Positions 23,179 through 37,036 of a DNA stretch of 64,000 bases are shown here, piece after piece. Source of the stretch: Hyaloraphidium curvatum SAG 235-1 (lineage: Eukaryota > Fungi > Monoblepharomycota); contig JAIVFI010000046.1 of NCBI GenBank assembly GCA_025558095.1, positions 62,001 to 126,000 of the forward strand, in the 5' to 3' direction. The number at the start of each line of letters is the position of its first letter. The stretch's first letter is position 1. A program made the translations under genes and the position numbers. The notes under the pieces were generated by a model. It did not search any database and was not told where the DNA came from. It was given only the letters and a program-made list of their open reading frames with translations.

Positions 23179-24539
23179 GGTGGGCAAGGCGCAGCGGGAA
23201 AAGCCGGGCGTCCGACGGGGGCGCCGCAAAAGGGGGTGGATTTCGGCCAGGGACGCGTGCGAGAACGCGTCGTCCGGGGCAAAAGGGGGCAAGGAGAATA
23301 CGGCGCGCCGCGCGGCGTCGATGACGCCGGCGGGTCCCGCGCTGGCTGCGGGATCGGGGTTAGGATAAGGAGGGGAGGAAACGCGCCCGTTTGGGCTCCC
23401 CGGGTGACCTTCCATAAACGCACGCCGAATCCGTGGAAGCCGGGAAGGATACAGCCCTTAACGGCCTGCAAACCGAGCAAGGCACCTGGCTCGAAGGAGA
23501 GAGCTAGAATAGGGTTGATGTAGGCGAAATCGGCCGGGGAAAAGCTCGAATCTAGTGAATCGTGCTTTGGTACAGACCGCCTGACGCGTGGTAGACTTTC
23601 CGTGAGATTCATCGATGCCGTCGACGGGTGCGGAGCGCTTACTCTGCTAGTGCCGGAGAACGTCCTTGGACGGGAGAGTGTGAATGGGACCCTCTGTGGT
23701 CGGAATCCTGCGTGCGCCCTTCGTCGTCGCATCTCTGCACAACATCAAGGCGCGCGGGTGCTCCGAAAGCGCTGCATCATCGCGCCGGGGCAAGCCGACG
23801 ACGACGGTGCGCCGCGGGCCACACAAATGGGGAGAGCGCCCGCGGCCGCGGCCGGGCGTCTCCGCGGAGTGCAAGAGCGGTGCGGCCACGATGCTCACCA
23901 CTAGAAAGTCTCCGTCACCGGCCAAACTGGGTTCTCCACTTCTGTGGAAAAGGGCCACGGTCTTGCGCTGCGCCGCGGAAACGGGGGATCCCCCGGCCCG
24001 CAGCCCCCGCGCCGCACGTCCATCGCCGGGCGCGCAGGCCATGGATCCGCCCCGTTCGACGTCTCGGACAGCGTCCGAAAAGTCGGCGTCGTCACATCGC
24101 CGAAGTGTTCGCAACTTCGTGCGGCAGGCTGCACTCATGTTCGAGCCGCTGTCTCGATGTACTACAGCAGATTGCGATAGCATCCGATTGCGATAGCATC
24201 CGAGCTTTCAATCTGCCATCCGGCTTCCAAACTACGTCACGTTGGCCGGAAACGTTTCCTGTTGGGCGCTTTTGTTGCTGTCGTCTCCGGCTGTGGGGCT
24301 GACCAGGATTGGCCCCGGGCGGACACAGAGTCATGCCCCAGCGAGACCAGCTGGGACCCCGAGGAATCCATCAAAGATACGGGCAGATTATAACAGCTGT
24401 GTAGCTTGGAAGCTGAGTAGGGACGCACCGAGGCATCGATTTCGAACTGCAATGGCCCAGGACCTCCCGCGTCCGGGCAACCCGGCAACATTAAGCAGAC
24501 ACCCCATAGACGACTCTTCCTCGTTCAAACGGCGTTTGG

Positions 24540-24643
24540 ACCCTTGTAGCTCAACTGGTTAGAGCACGGTGCTTATAGTTTGCTGCGAAACTATGATCTG
24601 AGCAACGCCGTGGTTCGCGGTTCGATCCCGCTGGGTAAGGGAT
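24540..24643 (+). tRNA. tRNA-Ile(UAU) with intron; imperfect acceptor/T junction (possibly pseudo)
   Basis: TAGCTCAACTGGTTAGAGC (A box/D arm), CGGTG-CT-TAT-A, intron, CGCCG stem, GGTTCGATCC (B box); extra bases before the 3' acceptor strand. Confidence 0.75.
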
Positions 24644-24802
24644 TTGGGGCCATCGCATCTTCCCCTGTCCTCGCATTGACAGGGCGCGGATCCACTCGGA
24701 ATGTCACCGGAGCGAGGAAGGGCGGCTTGGAGTGGAGCACCCGCCTGAAAGCGGGCTAGGTCTCCCACCTAGTGCACGTTTTCCTATTTAAACGATGTTT
24801 GT

Positions 24803-24904
24803 TCCCCAGTAGCATAGTTGGCCAATGCACAGTGCTTATAGTTTGATGCGAAACTATACTTCCGAGCCACGCTGCAGACGCGAGTTCGAGTCTCGCCTGG
24901 GGTA
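24803..24904 (+). tRNA. tRNA-Ile(UAU) with intron
   Basis: CCCCAG/CTGGGG acceptor, GCAT/ATGC D stem, CAGTG-CT-TAT-A...CGCTG anticodon arm, GCGAG-TTCGAGT-CTCGC T arm. Confidence 0.8.
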
Positions 24905-25499
24905 CTGATCGGGCTTTAATCATTTTGATACATGCCCGGTGGGTTCCCCCATGGCTGCCTGGACTCCGGTCTCCCTTTCTGGGACGGTTCGGCAACGCTT
25001 TGCCCGGACAATGGTAATCATTTTCGCACCCGAAACGGCTCGGATCGCCCGCACCTGTGCAGCGGCCACTGGAGCGGGACGTGGCGCACGGAGAGCCACA
25101 GACAGGTCTGAAAATTTGCATCACGGTAGCAATCCATGCACCAATAGGAGCTACATGGTCAACCACATTATATTTTCCCGTTCCGATGCTGATCCGGGGA
25201 TGCAAAAGCGGGAATGGGATGGCGTTCGCGAGCAACTGGTGCGAACGCAGACCGGGGTCCAGACTGGCCATCCCCCCCCGCGCGCCCACCACCTAGTGGC
25301 CGTGCGTGCACCGAGGATTTGCGCACGTCGCCCATGCTGGGAGGGCGCCGGCGCCCGCGCTTCTCCGCGATCCTCGGCCCGCGCAGGACCCGGCCGCAGC
25401 GCGGAATCGGCCTCATGCGTGTCCGGCCATCGCGGCTCCGTGCGGGCTCCCAACCGGGTGCGCACGACGTGCCATCAGCAGTGACGGTAACTGCGTGGC

Positions 25500-28430
25500 T
25501 TGGGCCGACCGTGGTGCCCCCAACGCCGATGTGGCGCGCGCCTCGGCCGCTCCGCTGAGGCGGCAGACCGGTACGCCGGCGGCCGCCGGCACCACCGGGC
25601 TGCGTGCCACGGCGTCGGGCTGCGTGCCACGGCGTGCGGCGGCACCTCGCTGCAGCTCTCCTGCAACGGAGGCGTCGTCGTGATCGCCGACGCGTTCTAC
25701 GGCCGCGTCATTCCCGGCGAGGCGGCGCTGGATTTCTCGTGCCAGACGCCGGCCAACAACACGCAAGTCGACGACTGCAGCCTGTCTCCGGCGCTGTCAG
25801 CCGCCCTCGCCGTCGACGTCGCCCGCGCCTGCGATGGGAAAGAAAGCTGCAGCTACCTTCTGGACGCCAACTTCGAGGCGATGCGGGGCGACCCGCGCCC
25901 CGGCGTGCACAAGTTCCTGCGCGTGTCGTACGACTGCATGGCGCCCGCGCTGTTCGCGCACGTGCCGCCCGCGCCCGAGCCGGCACAGTACCCGACGCTG
26001 GGGACGCGCAGGCCATCGACGTTCGCCGCGGCAAAGTGCCCGCTGGTCGCCGCCGCCGCGGCAAACGTGTCGGCGTCGGCCGCGAACTGGGCGCTGCGCG
26101 TCGAGCCCAACCCGGGCCCGTTCGGCGCCTACACCGTCGACGCAGTCGATCTGGACATGTCGGAGCTGGACGCGCTGCTGTCGGCCTGGACCAGCGGCCG
26201 GGCGTCGATCCACACGGCATACAGCCTCAAGGTCCGCGCGGTCAACGTGATTTTCCCCGGCAACACCGTGTCGGTCGGCCTCGGAAACACAGCCAACATG
26301 ACCCGCGTGGTCATCGAGGCAGCCAACGTCGTCGCCCTGCCCGGCAGCGCGCTCGCGGTCTACTCGACGGCGCCGGACCCCGCCACGGGCGAGCGGGGGC
26401 CCGACGTCAAGATCAGGGCGGGCAGGGTGTTTGGCCGGCTGGACGTGTTGTTCAACGGGATGAAGGCGGGGAACCCGCTGGTGCAGAGCGTGTCGGGGAC
26501 CTACAACCGTGGGTGCCTCCTCTTGCGAGCCTGAACTCGGCCTGACCCTACTCCACCCACGACCAGTCGGCCTCTCGGCCTCTACCATCCCCCCCTCCGG
26601 CATCCAGTGCACGACGTGGGCGATCCAAGGCAGCGACGTCGCCTTCCCCTACGCCGCGATCCCCACCTGCGCGCCCCTCCCCCTCTCGCAGTCCTTTGCC
26701 CCCATCTGCGTCAGCCAGATGGACACCTCCAACCCCGGCAGCCCAGTCGGCCTCAACCTGAACCCCTACTACGGCGCCAGCTGGGCGACCGCCCCGGGCC
26801 AGGATGGGCTGCCCTTCAACACGGACCGGTTCACGTGGGACAGCAAAGACAACCCGAACGGCGCCTTTGACCTGGACGCCCGCGTGTTCTACGACGCCGA
26901 GGGCACCCCCGGCAACACATCCACCTCGACCACCGCCTACGCCGGCATCGCCTCGACCGCAGACTACTCGATCTCGCTGTACAACAACCTGCGCGCCGAC
27001 GGCAGCCTGGCCCTCATCAGCCAGTGGAGCGCCGCCTTCGACCCCAGCAACCCCCTGCCCAACATGCAGCAGCTGCAGAACGCGACATGCGGCGGCGGAT
27101 GGCAGGTCGGCTGGAAAGCCGCGGCGTTCGGACAGCTCGCGCAGACCCCAGGCGCCAGCACGGCCGACCCATCCTCGTTCCCCGCGCTCCCCTCGCAGAT
27201 TGCCTCCCTGGCCTCGGCCTGCGCCGACGAGATGGTCGGCTCCGGCCGGTACGCCGAGGCTTTTGCCTTTGCCCTTGACCTCGGCGAGCTGCTCTCGCTC
27301 GGGGCAGCGCAGGGGGACTACGCCGCCTCGGCCAGCCTGGGCGGCATGTACGCATCGCAGTCGTCCCTGCGCGCCGACAGGCGCGACCTGGCCATCCAAC
27401 CCGTGCCCTTCCTCTCGCAGTCGAGCACCAACCAGCTCGCCGCCCTGGAGGTGCAGAACCTTGAGGCGCTGGCGGCGCAGGTGGATGCCGTGCGGGACTC
27501 GACGCAGCGAATCTCCAGCGCGCTGCAGGCAGCCAGATGCGCTGCGGCCGCCGCACAGGCTCAGGTGTACCGGGACTCGCTTGGACTGGACAAGTCCTAC
27601 GTTCAGTCGCTCGGCCTGGCGGTGCAGCAGCTCAACGCCTCGTTCGCCGAGGCGCACGCCAACCTCAACGCCACGGGCAAGGCCTTCATGGATGCCGTGG
27701 AGAAGAAGGTGGAGGAGAACGTGTTCGAGGCCGCGTTCGAGCTCGTCTTTGCCATCCTGTCGGCGCTCGTGGGCGGCATCGGCGAGGGGGCCGCGATCGC
27801 CAAGATCGGCAAGGACGCGGGGTCGCTGGGGAAGCTGTTCCAGGACCTGGAAAAGGTGGCCAATATGCTGAAGGAGATCGGCACGCTGCTGGCGGGGATC
27901 AACTCCATCATTGCGGTGAGCTTTGCGTGCAGCAGCTCGTCCGGCACGGCCCGATCTCACCTCTTCCCCATGCCAGGCCTCGGTGACGCTCAACAACGCC
28001 ATCATCAGCAACCCGGTCGGCAACACGGACCTCAGCGGGGCCATTGCCTCGGCGCTGGCGGGCAACCTGAGCACCGGCAACCTCGCCTCGCTCGCTTCCT
28101 CGGCCCTTGCGTTCCAGAACCTCCACGACGAAGCCTACATCACCGTCGGCCCCGCCATCAATCAGGGCATCACGGGCGCGTCCGAGTACGCCGAGGCCCT
28201 GGCCAAGACCGCCAACGCGGGCGGCGACCTCGTCAAGGCGCAGATCAACTACCTCGCCGCGCAGAACAAGGAGCTCGTGGCGGCTGCGCACGGCGCTCAA
28301 ATACCAGGCCGCGCAGGCCCAAGCCGATGCGCTGCAGGCGCGGGCGAACCAGCTGGCCAACGACGAGACGGCGGTGGTGGAGGCTGGCGATGATCGAGAT
28401 GGAGTTTTCGCTCATGAAGCAGAAGCGGAG
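25500..28430 (+). pseudogene. SUEL/Gal-Rha-binding lectin domain + long helical region with hydrophobic hairpin; frameshifted and 3'-truncated
   Basis: ACGGTSLQLSC...IADAFYGR...CDGKESC...GDPRPGVHKFLRVSYDC; introns ~26509-26566 and ~27916-27977; 20-bp duplication frameshift at 25596-25635; frameshifts near 28285 and 28380. Confidence 0.7.
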
Positions 28431-28906
28431 GGGGCGGGGGGAAGCGTGCGTGCGGCCGCTCGGTGCCGGCTCGCGACGATGCTGACCTTTGGCATTCGTT
28501 CAGCCTGCTGCCCGCCCTTCCCAACCTTCAACCTTACCCTACCCGAAACCCGGCAAGCCCGACGAAGCGCGTTACCTGACTGGAGGCATCGTCGCCGTCG
28601 GGTGGTTAAGCTCAGATGCGCGACAGCCTTGCGTTCGGCCGGGCCTGGAGCTGTTGTGGCGGATCGACAACGATTTCGGCATCATCGCGAACGGTTTTTT
28701 CAGGTAGCCGTAAACATGAATCATCTAGGGTATCGATCACATCCTCCCGCGGGTCGAAGTCCATTACTGAGCATAGCTAGTGAGCATACCAATGGGGCAA
28801 TACAAATGTCACAATCAGAACACCGTGCGGGAGTCCACTCTAAGTTTCTGTAGGAACATCGGATTAGCAAGGAGGATGGACTCCCACGCAGGACGGGCTC
28901 ACCCCT

Positions 28907-30679
28907 CTACCCGAGGCCGGGTCTGGCATAGACCTTGGCAATCCCCTCCCTCTCCAGCTCCTTGAACTTGTCCACCGCCCTAGGCTCGTGTCCGACGAGG
29001 GTGATGGGGAACGCAAGGTTCGTGGAGGGGCGCTTCTTGCCCTGCTCGGCAGCCTTGTCGGCAGCGGCGACCTCGCGGGTAAACTCAATGACCCGCACGA
29101 GGTGGGCGGCGTAAAGCTCAGCGCGCTGCTTCGCGAGCTTCTTGAGACTCTCCCCGACGACGGTCCCCTTGTCCCAGTGCCCATCGAACCACTTCTTGAC
29201 AAGGCTCCGGCTGGCGACGGCTTCCTTGCCCTTGACGGTGAGAAACCCGTCAGCTCGAAGCGCGGCTTCCGCGGTCTCCCTGAGCGCCTCTGTGGTGCCC
29301 GGCCGGGCGATCGTCCCGTCTGCCGGGAGCGCACGCCGAGCCGCGGCCGTGTACGCCTTCTTGATCTCGGCGAGGGGGTCCGTTTCGGCGACGCGGAAGG
29401 AGCCAAATAGCTTGCGGGCGCCGAAAGCCTGGACCTCCGGAGTTCGAGTGGTAAAGTCAAGAGTCCCGTTGATGACCTCGCGCTGGCGTGCGACGTCGTC
29501 GTCGAGGTTCTTGAGGTGAGCTTTCTCGTCCATTTCCTCCTCGTCTACGATCTTCTCGTCTACGATAAAGCAGTGAGTTTCACAAGAGCAACGAAGCTTC
29601 GCCCGCCACGTACTGGACGAGCCGTCGATCGTCAGGAGACGGAGGAAGTCGAGGCGTCTGAGGGTTTCAAGGAAAGAGACCTGAGGTTCCGAGTGGAGCA
29701 GCTTGATGGTGACGGTGACGCCGTTGATCTGCACGCGGAACTTGGATTCCAGCCCTTTCTCAGCGAGGAAATCGAGGAGCTGAAGACGGAACGGTTGAGA
29801 TCAACACCCTGGGGAAAGACCGCAACTTACGAGCTCGAAGAAGGCGTAGGCCGACCATCCGCCGTGCTTGGCACAGCGCCGCAGTCCGTCCTCGTCAGCC
29901 TCCTTGCGAGGCTCCAAGCCGCAGCCCGGGAAGGCGCAGACATCGAAAACCTTGACAGCTCCCAGGGGCCTGCCGTGCGGGGCACAGTACCAAAGTTCGT
30001 CGAGCCTGAAATTCCCCCTGATCAGGTCCGGGCACTCGGGGCAGTAATGCGCGTAAGGATCGGAAGCGTCGTCGGGGGCGCAGCTGGCGCAAAAGAAGCC
30101 GGGGACTGTCGGACTTGTGTAGTGAGGAATGACCTGCGAAATGGTTGTGTTTTAAATTCCAGTCCGGGCTCACGACAAAACGATACTGACCGAAGCGCAG
30201 GTGCTGCACATGTCGTGCATCGGCTTCACGGGCACTCCCTCCCTCGTCGAACAATCGCGGCACCAGGTCCCACTGTCCTCGGCCCGAAAGTGGGGGCGCC
30301 TGCCGCAGCCGCCCGAGCATCTCTGGCTCTCGTAGCTGTAGATGGCGATGGACTCCGTGGTTCCTGTCAACTTCTGGTTCGCAGCCGTTCCACACTTGAA
30401 GCAGAGCGGTCTGCCCTCGACGTTCATGTAAACGCGGCGCTGGCAGGTGCCGTTCGTGCACAGGTTCTGCTTCGAAAACCTGAAAAAGGAGCATAGTGAG
30501 AAAATGAGCAGCCTTTGATGAACCCAGACGAACCGGGAGGGATGCTTCTGGCCGTTATGCTCCATGCAGTTCTTGCAGGCCTCGAGCTCAGCGCCGTGGT
30601 CGTCAACAAAGAAGAAATTGCCGATGTCCAGCTTGTGGGCCGGGGACCTCTTGCTCGGGGGTACTTTGCAGTTGACCAT
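28907..30679 (-). CDS. Cys-rich repeat (EsV-1-7-like) protein with putative C-terminal PD-(D/E)xK endonuclease, ~4 introns
   Basis: Repeats such as CSGGCGRRPHF...WCRDC and CAFPGCGLEP...RCAKH; after splicing RRLDFL...EEEMDEKAH...DDVARQREV. Confidence 0.6.
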
Positions 30680-31975
30680 CGCGATTCCCTGCCGTGTCCG
30701 CTTGCTCAATAAACGCCATGGTCGAGCAATCGATGCAGGCTTACAGAATGAATAGCCAGCGACAGTCCTTGAATGTGATCCGGCCGGGAACGGCGAGTGG
30801 GGGCGGCCGTCCCGAAGCCGCCCTGAGCCGTAGCCCGCGCCGAGGTCCGCGCCGAGCACAGGAGACAAAAGACCGCGTCTGACCCGCCGTTTTCAGCGGC
30901 GGCGCAGAGACGCGCCGGGGACGCGCGCGGGTCTGCGCGAGGGGAGGTTTTGAAGGAGCTTGAGGTTGTCCCCTTCCTCTCATCAACGCGCCGAGGATGG
31001 CAAACGGGCAGCCGTGTGGCAGACACGCGGCTACGGGCATTGGCCTCGCCGGTCCATCGCAACTGTTGCCCTGCTCCATGACCGTCGTCGTCGAACGCGA
31101 CGACGGGCGGCGTTAGACGGGGCAACGGTGGCGTGCGATGACGCGTCACCGCGATCGGCGACGACGCGCGGCAGGGAGCGTGGTCCTTGCTCGAACAGCG
31201 GGCTTCCATTCAGCCTCGCACGAGAATCCTCTGCGGTTCAACAGAGCGACATCGTGTTCATTGCTGGGCTGGCGTACGATTCGGAAACGCGGCCCGAGGG
31301 GGTGTCGATGCTGCTGGATGTCGCCCAGCACCACGACAAACGCCGCAACATAGCGCACTCCGCGAGTTCCTGAAGCGCATCGTCAGCGGTGCCACGCGGC
31401 TGCGTGACGACACGAAGCGTACGCTCAACACCACTGAAGACCCGTGTTCCGCCGACCGTGCGGCTCCCTCGCGCCCCGGGAAAGCCATGTTCGCACCAAA
31501 TGCCGCCCTGTTCGAGCACCTCGGCGCCCGGGGAAGAGCGCGGGTAAGACCGGCGGCGACCGGCGGCGGCTGCGGCTGCCGCCGGTCGGCGCGGCCTTGC
31601 CGGAAGCGAATCCCGGCTCGTTCGGCCTCGGGAGAGCCCAAAACTGTCCAATTGGAAGACTCCGCTGCGTCCTCGAGGGAATGAGGCGGCCAAGGCGGGG
31701 TGTTCTTGGATAAGCGACGACGCTTCGGTCGTCACAACCGCAACGTCACAACCCTCCATCAGTCAGGGCGGTGCTGGCCACGAAGTTACCTCCTTGTCCC
31801 CGCTGGCGGTTCCTAGCGAAAGTGGGCGACGTTTCTGTTCCTACCAGTGGAAGTGGAAGCTACTGTGACCTGGATTTGGCCTCTCTCTCGAGCTTGGTCC
31901 GGCTCGGCGTGCGGCCTGCCGGGCATCATGGCTGCCGCTCGGAGCGCAAGATTAGGGGTTCACCGCGTGCTTAAG

Positions 31976-32351
31976 GAAGCTCTTGCCGCATTGGAGCATG
32001 CGTAGGACGCCTAAAGGCGTCCTGGCTCGACATCAATGGTCTGGCGTCCTTTAATCGAGGTTTGACAGAGGTGTGGTTGGAACCTGAGCTCCGCCTCGTT
32101 CGCGCTTGGATCCCGCGCAGGGGTATACGAAGCTTTTGCCGCATTGGAGCATGCGTAGGACGCCTAAAGGCGTCCTGGCTCGACATCAATGGTCTGGCGT
32201 CCTTTAATCGAGGTTTGACAGAGGTGTGGTTGGAACCTGAGCTCCGCCTCGTTCGCGCTTGGATCCCGCGCAGGGGTATACGAAGCTTTTGCTGCGTTGG
32301 AGCATGCGCAGGACGCCCAAAGGCGTCCTGGCTCGATATCGATGGTCTGGC
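31976..32351. repeat. Tandem repeat, 153-bp unit, ~2.5 copies
   Basis: GAAGC(T/C)TTG unit starts at 31976, 32129 and 32282; first two copies nearly identical. Confidence 0.95.
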
Positions 32352-32644
32352 AACCATTGAGCGTTGCTTCGCTGCCGGGGCAGTCCGCACTCGGGTGCTG
32401 TGACTCCACTCCACAACTAACCTGTGGTCACGAATCTCTTGAGAGAATGTAGAGAAATCGGATGTGAATGACGAGAGGAGGTCGTCCCATCGTTGTCGTC
32501 CGCAGGAATGTGCCAAGGGGGACGGTCATACCGAGTCAGCACTTCCTCTTCCTTCACACGCGCAACATGAGTTCAATTCTTGTATTCCGTTCTTTTGAAG
32601 TGTCACAGGATGAATCAGCATTAGTCTTCCCCCGGCGGCAGCCA

Positions 32645-34804
<2,160 letters not shown>

Positions 34805-35194
34805 CGTCGGGGAGGTGTGCCTGAGTGGAAGCAGTCAACAAAAGTGACTTGCGTGCCCCCAGCGGCGACGAACGATCGCGGGCCTCACGCCGCGCAAAGA
34901 AAGGCGGAACCATGAACGCGGAGCATTGAATCGAGATGAGAGCAACCTCGGTAATGGTTGGATGGGGTGGTCGGTTACGATCTGCCGCCGACTCTGCTAC
35001 ACCGTCACGTGGATCCTCCAGGATCCAGAGAGACAGGGACTAACCCAGCATTCTACTCTACTTGAGTGCGGACCCAACATGTTTTAGCTTCCCAGGATGT
35101 TTTAGCTTCCCAGGATCCTTAGATTCCTTGTTTGCAGGTCCTCGAATCCGTGCCTGGGCACCAGGACAGGGGCCAGATCGCGATCAGATCCCGG

Positions 35195-35225
35195 ACCGTG
35201 CTCTAACCAGTTGAGCTACAAGGGT
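35195..35225 (-). pseudogene. tRNA 5'-half fragment identical to 24540-24570
   Basis: 31/31 reverse-complement match ACCCTTGTAGCTCAACTGGTTAGAGCACGGT; no anticodon loop or T arm follows. Confidence 0.9.
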
Positions 35226-35226
35226 T

Positions 35227-35439
35227 AACCAACTGTTTAAAGAGCAAAACGCACGTCGTGAGGGGTCGCGCCGGCGTCGCCGGGTCGCTGTGTGGAGCTT
35301 GGACGCCGGCGGGACCGTGGTGGCCCGACGTGCACCAACATCACGAGCCACCAGGCAAGGGCTGCACGCAGCTGTTCCCTGCGCACCCGAGACGCGTGGA
35401 TGGATCATATTCCCGTCCCATTGGCTAGGTGGAGCTGGG
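35227..35439 (-). repeat. ~210-bp inverted repeat, right copy
   Basis: Reverse complement of 18937-19147. Confidence 0.95.
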
Positions 35440-35512
35440 GTTCGCCGCCGGCAGAAGGCGCTGGTGAACGTCTGCGAACACCAAGCAAACAGGTCCCTCG
35501 GCCGGACCGTCC

Positions 35513-36862
35513 ATGCCCCCCCGCGGCACGAAGCGCCCGCGGGACGCCACGCCGGACGAAGTTGAGATGTCGGACAGCGCGCACGGGCGCCGACGGACGG
35601 GCCGGGAGCCCGGAAGTTCCGATGCCGAATCGCAGGCCGAAGCGGGAGCAATCGAGCGTTCCCCTGCCCGGAATACACACGGAGACGAATCATTGGACGA
35701 GGAGGACCCCGCCGTGGCGGCGCTGGCGAGGGCGCTGGCGCGGGACAACGGGTCGGGCGGCGTACGGGCGTCGCTGCGGGCGCTGCTGGCCGCACACGGC
35801 GTCGAGGTCGCTTCGGAAGTCGAGGAGGACGAGGAAGCGGGTGGTGATGACGGGGAAATGATGTGGACGGACGAGGACGACGGGAGCGGGGACGGGGAGT
35901 ACGCGCCGGTCGGCGACGACGATTCGGGCGAGGAAGACGACGAAGATTACGAGGAAGAGGACGACGGGGAGTACGATCCGCCGTCGGATGAGGACGACGA
36001 GGAGGACGATGCGCTCGAGGAGCGGGCCAGGCTGTTCCGCGGCATCCAGCGGCTGCTGGGCACGCATCGCGAGCGGGGAGAGGACAAGCTGATGAAAAGG
36101 AAGCGGACGCGGACGCTGGCGGAGAGTAACAAGCTCGGGCTGGCACAGTTTGTTGGCAAGCGCAAGATCAGGTTGGTTTCGTCCTTGCCGAAGCAGGAGG
36201 CCCCTTGTGGACCTGACCACCTGCTTAGTGCCTCGGTGATCTCGACCGCGCGGATCAACCAAGGCTCGTCGTTTTCGCAGCGCGATGCCACGTTCGACAT
36301 TGCCCCGGTCGGCGCCGTTGCCCGGCCGTCGGACCTCTCCGGCACCATCTCAATCGCCCCCGCCCGCGCGCCGCCGCACCCCTTCTCCCTCCCTTCCACG
36401 ACGCACCTCTCCTCCTTCAGCTGGGACCCGCGGCTCGGCCTCGCTCGCTTCAGCTGGTCCTTCTCCCCGCCCGCGGACCCGCCCCGCACCTCGCGGACGG
36501 CGTACGACGCGGAGCATTCTTCCTACGAATCCGCCGTCGACGCCGCCGCCTCCTCCGGCCGTGGAATCATGTGGCTCTGCGAGCGCGATGACGGCGCCGA
36601 GGCGCTGGTCGCGCTGATGGAGGCCGGTGGGGAACCGGACGCGGAGGTGCCCGCGCGGGAAGGGGGGCCGAAGGAGTACGGGCCCAAGCCGGGGATGCCG
36701 ATCGGGTGCGTGGCGGCGCCGGTGGAGCCGCTGGGGGCCGGGCTGAGGGTGACGTTCGAGGCGGTGGCGATCGCGGCGGGGGAAGGGAAGGGAAGGAACG
36801 GAGCGCGACGGGCGGCTACGGAGGACGAAGGGAGTGACGACCATTCGGAGTATCTTGCCTGA
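35513..36862 (+). CDS. Hypothetical protein with long Asp/Glu tract and basic NLS-like motifs
   Basis: 449-aa ORF with GC3-biased codons; PPRGTKRPR and KRKRTR; possible in-frame intron ~36172-36228. Confidence 0.6.
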   Translation: MPPRGTKRPRDATPDEVEMSDSAHGRRRTGREPGSSDAESQAEAGAIERSPARNTHGDESLDEEDPAVAALARALARDNGSGGVRASLRALLAAHGVEVASEVEEDEEAGGDDGEMMWTDEDDGSGDGEYAPVGDDDSGEEDDEDYEEEDDGEYDPPSDEDDEEDDALEERARLFRGIQRLLGTHRERGEDKLMKRKRTRTLAESNKLGLAQFVGKRKIRLVSSLPKQEAPCGPDHLLSASVISTARINQGSSFSQRDATFDIAPVGAVARPSDLSGTISIAPARAPPHPFSLPSTTHLSSFSWDPRLGLARFSWSFSPPADPPRTSRTAYDAEHSSYESAVDAAASSGRGIMWLCERDDGAEALVALMEAGGEPDAEVPAREGGPKEYGPKPGMPIGCVAAPVEPLGAGLRVTFEAVAIAAGEGKGRNGARRAATEDEGSDDHSEYLA

Positions 36863-37036
36863 GGGCGGTGTGGGTGTCTTTTGCATCACGATTCCTTGAT
36901 GTCGTGATCCTACCATATATTCCGCCTCCATCTCCAATCGAAGTTAACCTTGTTGAAAGACTGCCACGGAGCTACGAGAGTCACGGTGGGATGACCCCAG
37001 ACTGTCCCCCAAACACTGGAAGCGCCAGCACGCAAA

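Noticed and set aside
21829-23523. 564-aa plus-strand ORF
   Set aside because: Low-information translation; the minus strand gives the more protein-like reading.
26509-26566. Apparent frameshift in the lectin gene
   Set aside because: Explained by a normal GT-AG intron with a CTGAC branch site, restoring YNLGLSAST.
30900-31950. Short ORF fragments, possible transposase remnant
   Set aside because: No recognisable motif or consistent frame.
31976-32351. Possible CRISPR array
   Set aside because: Contiguous 153-bp units with no unique spacers, no cas genes, and a eukaryotic context.
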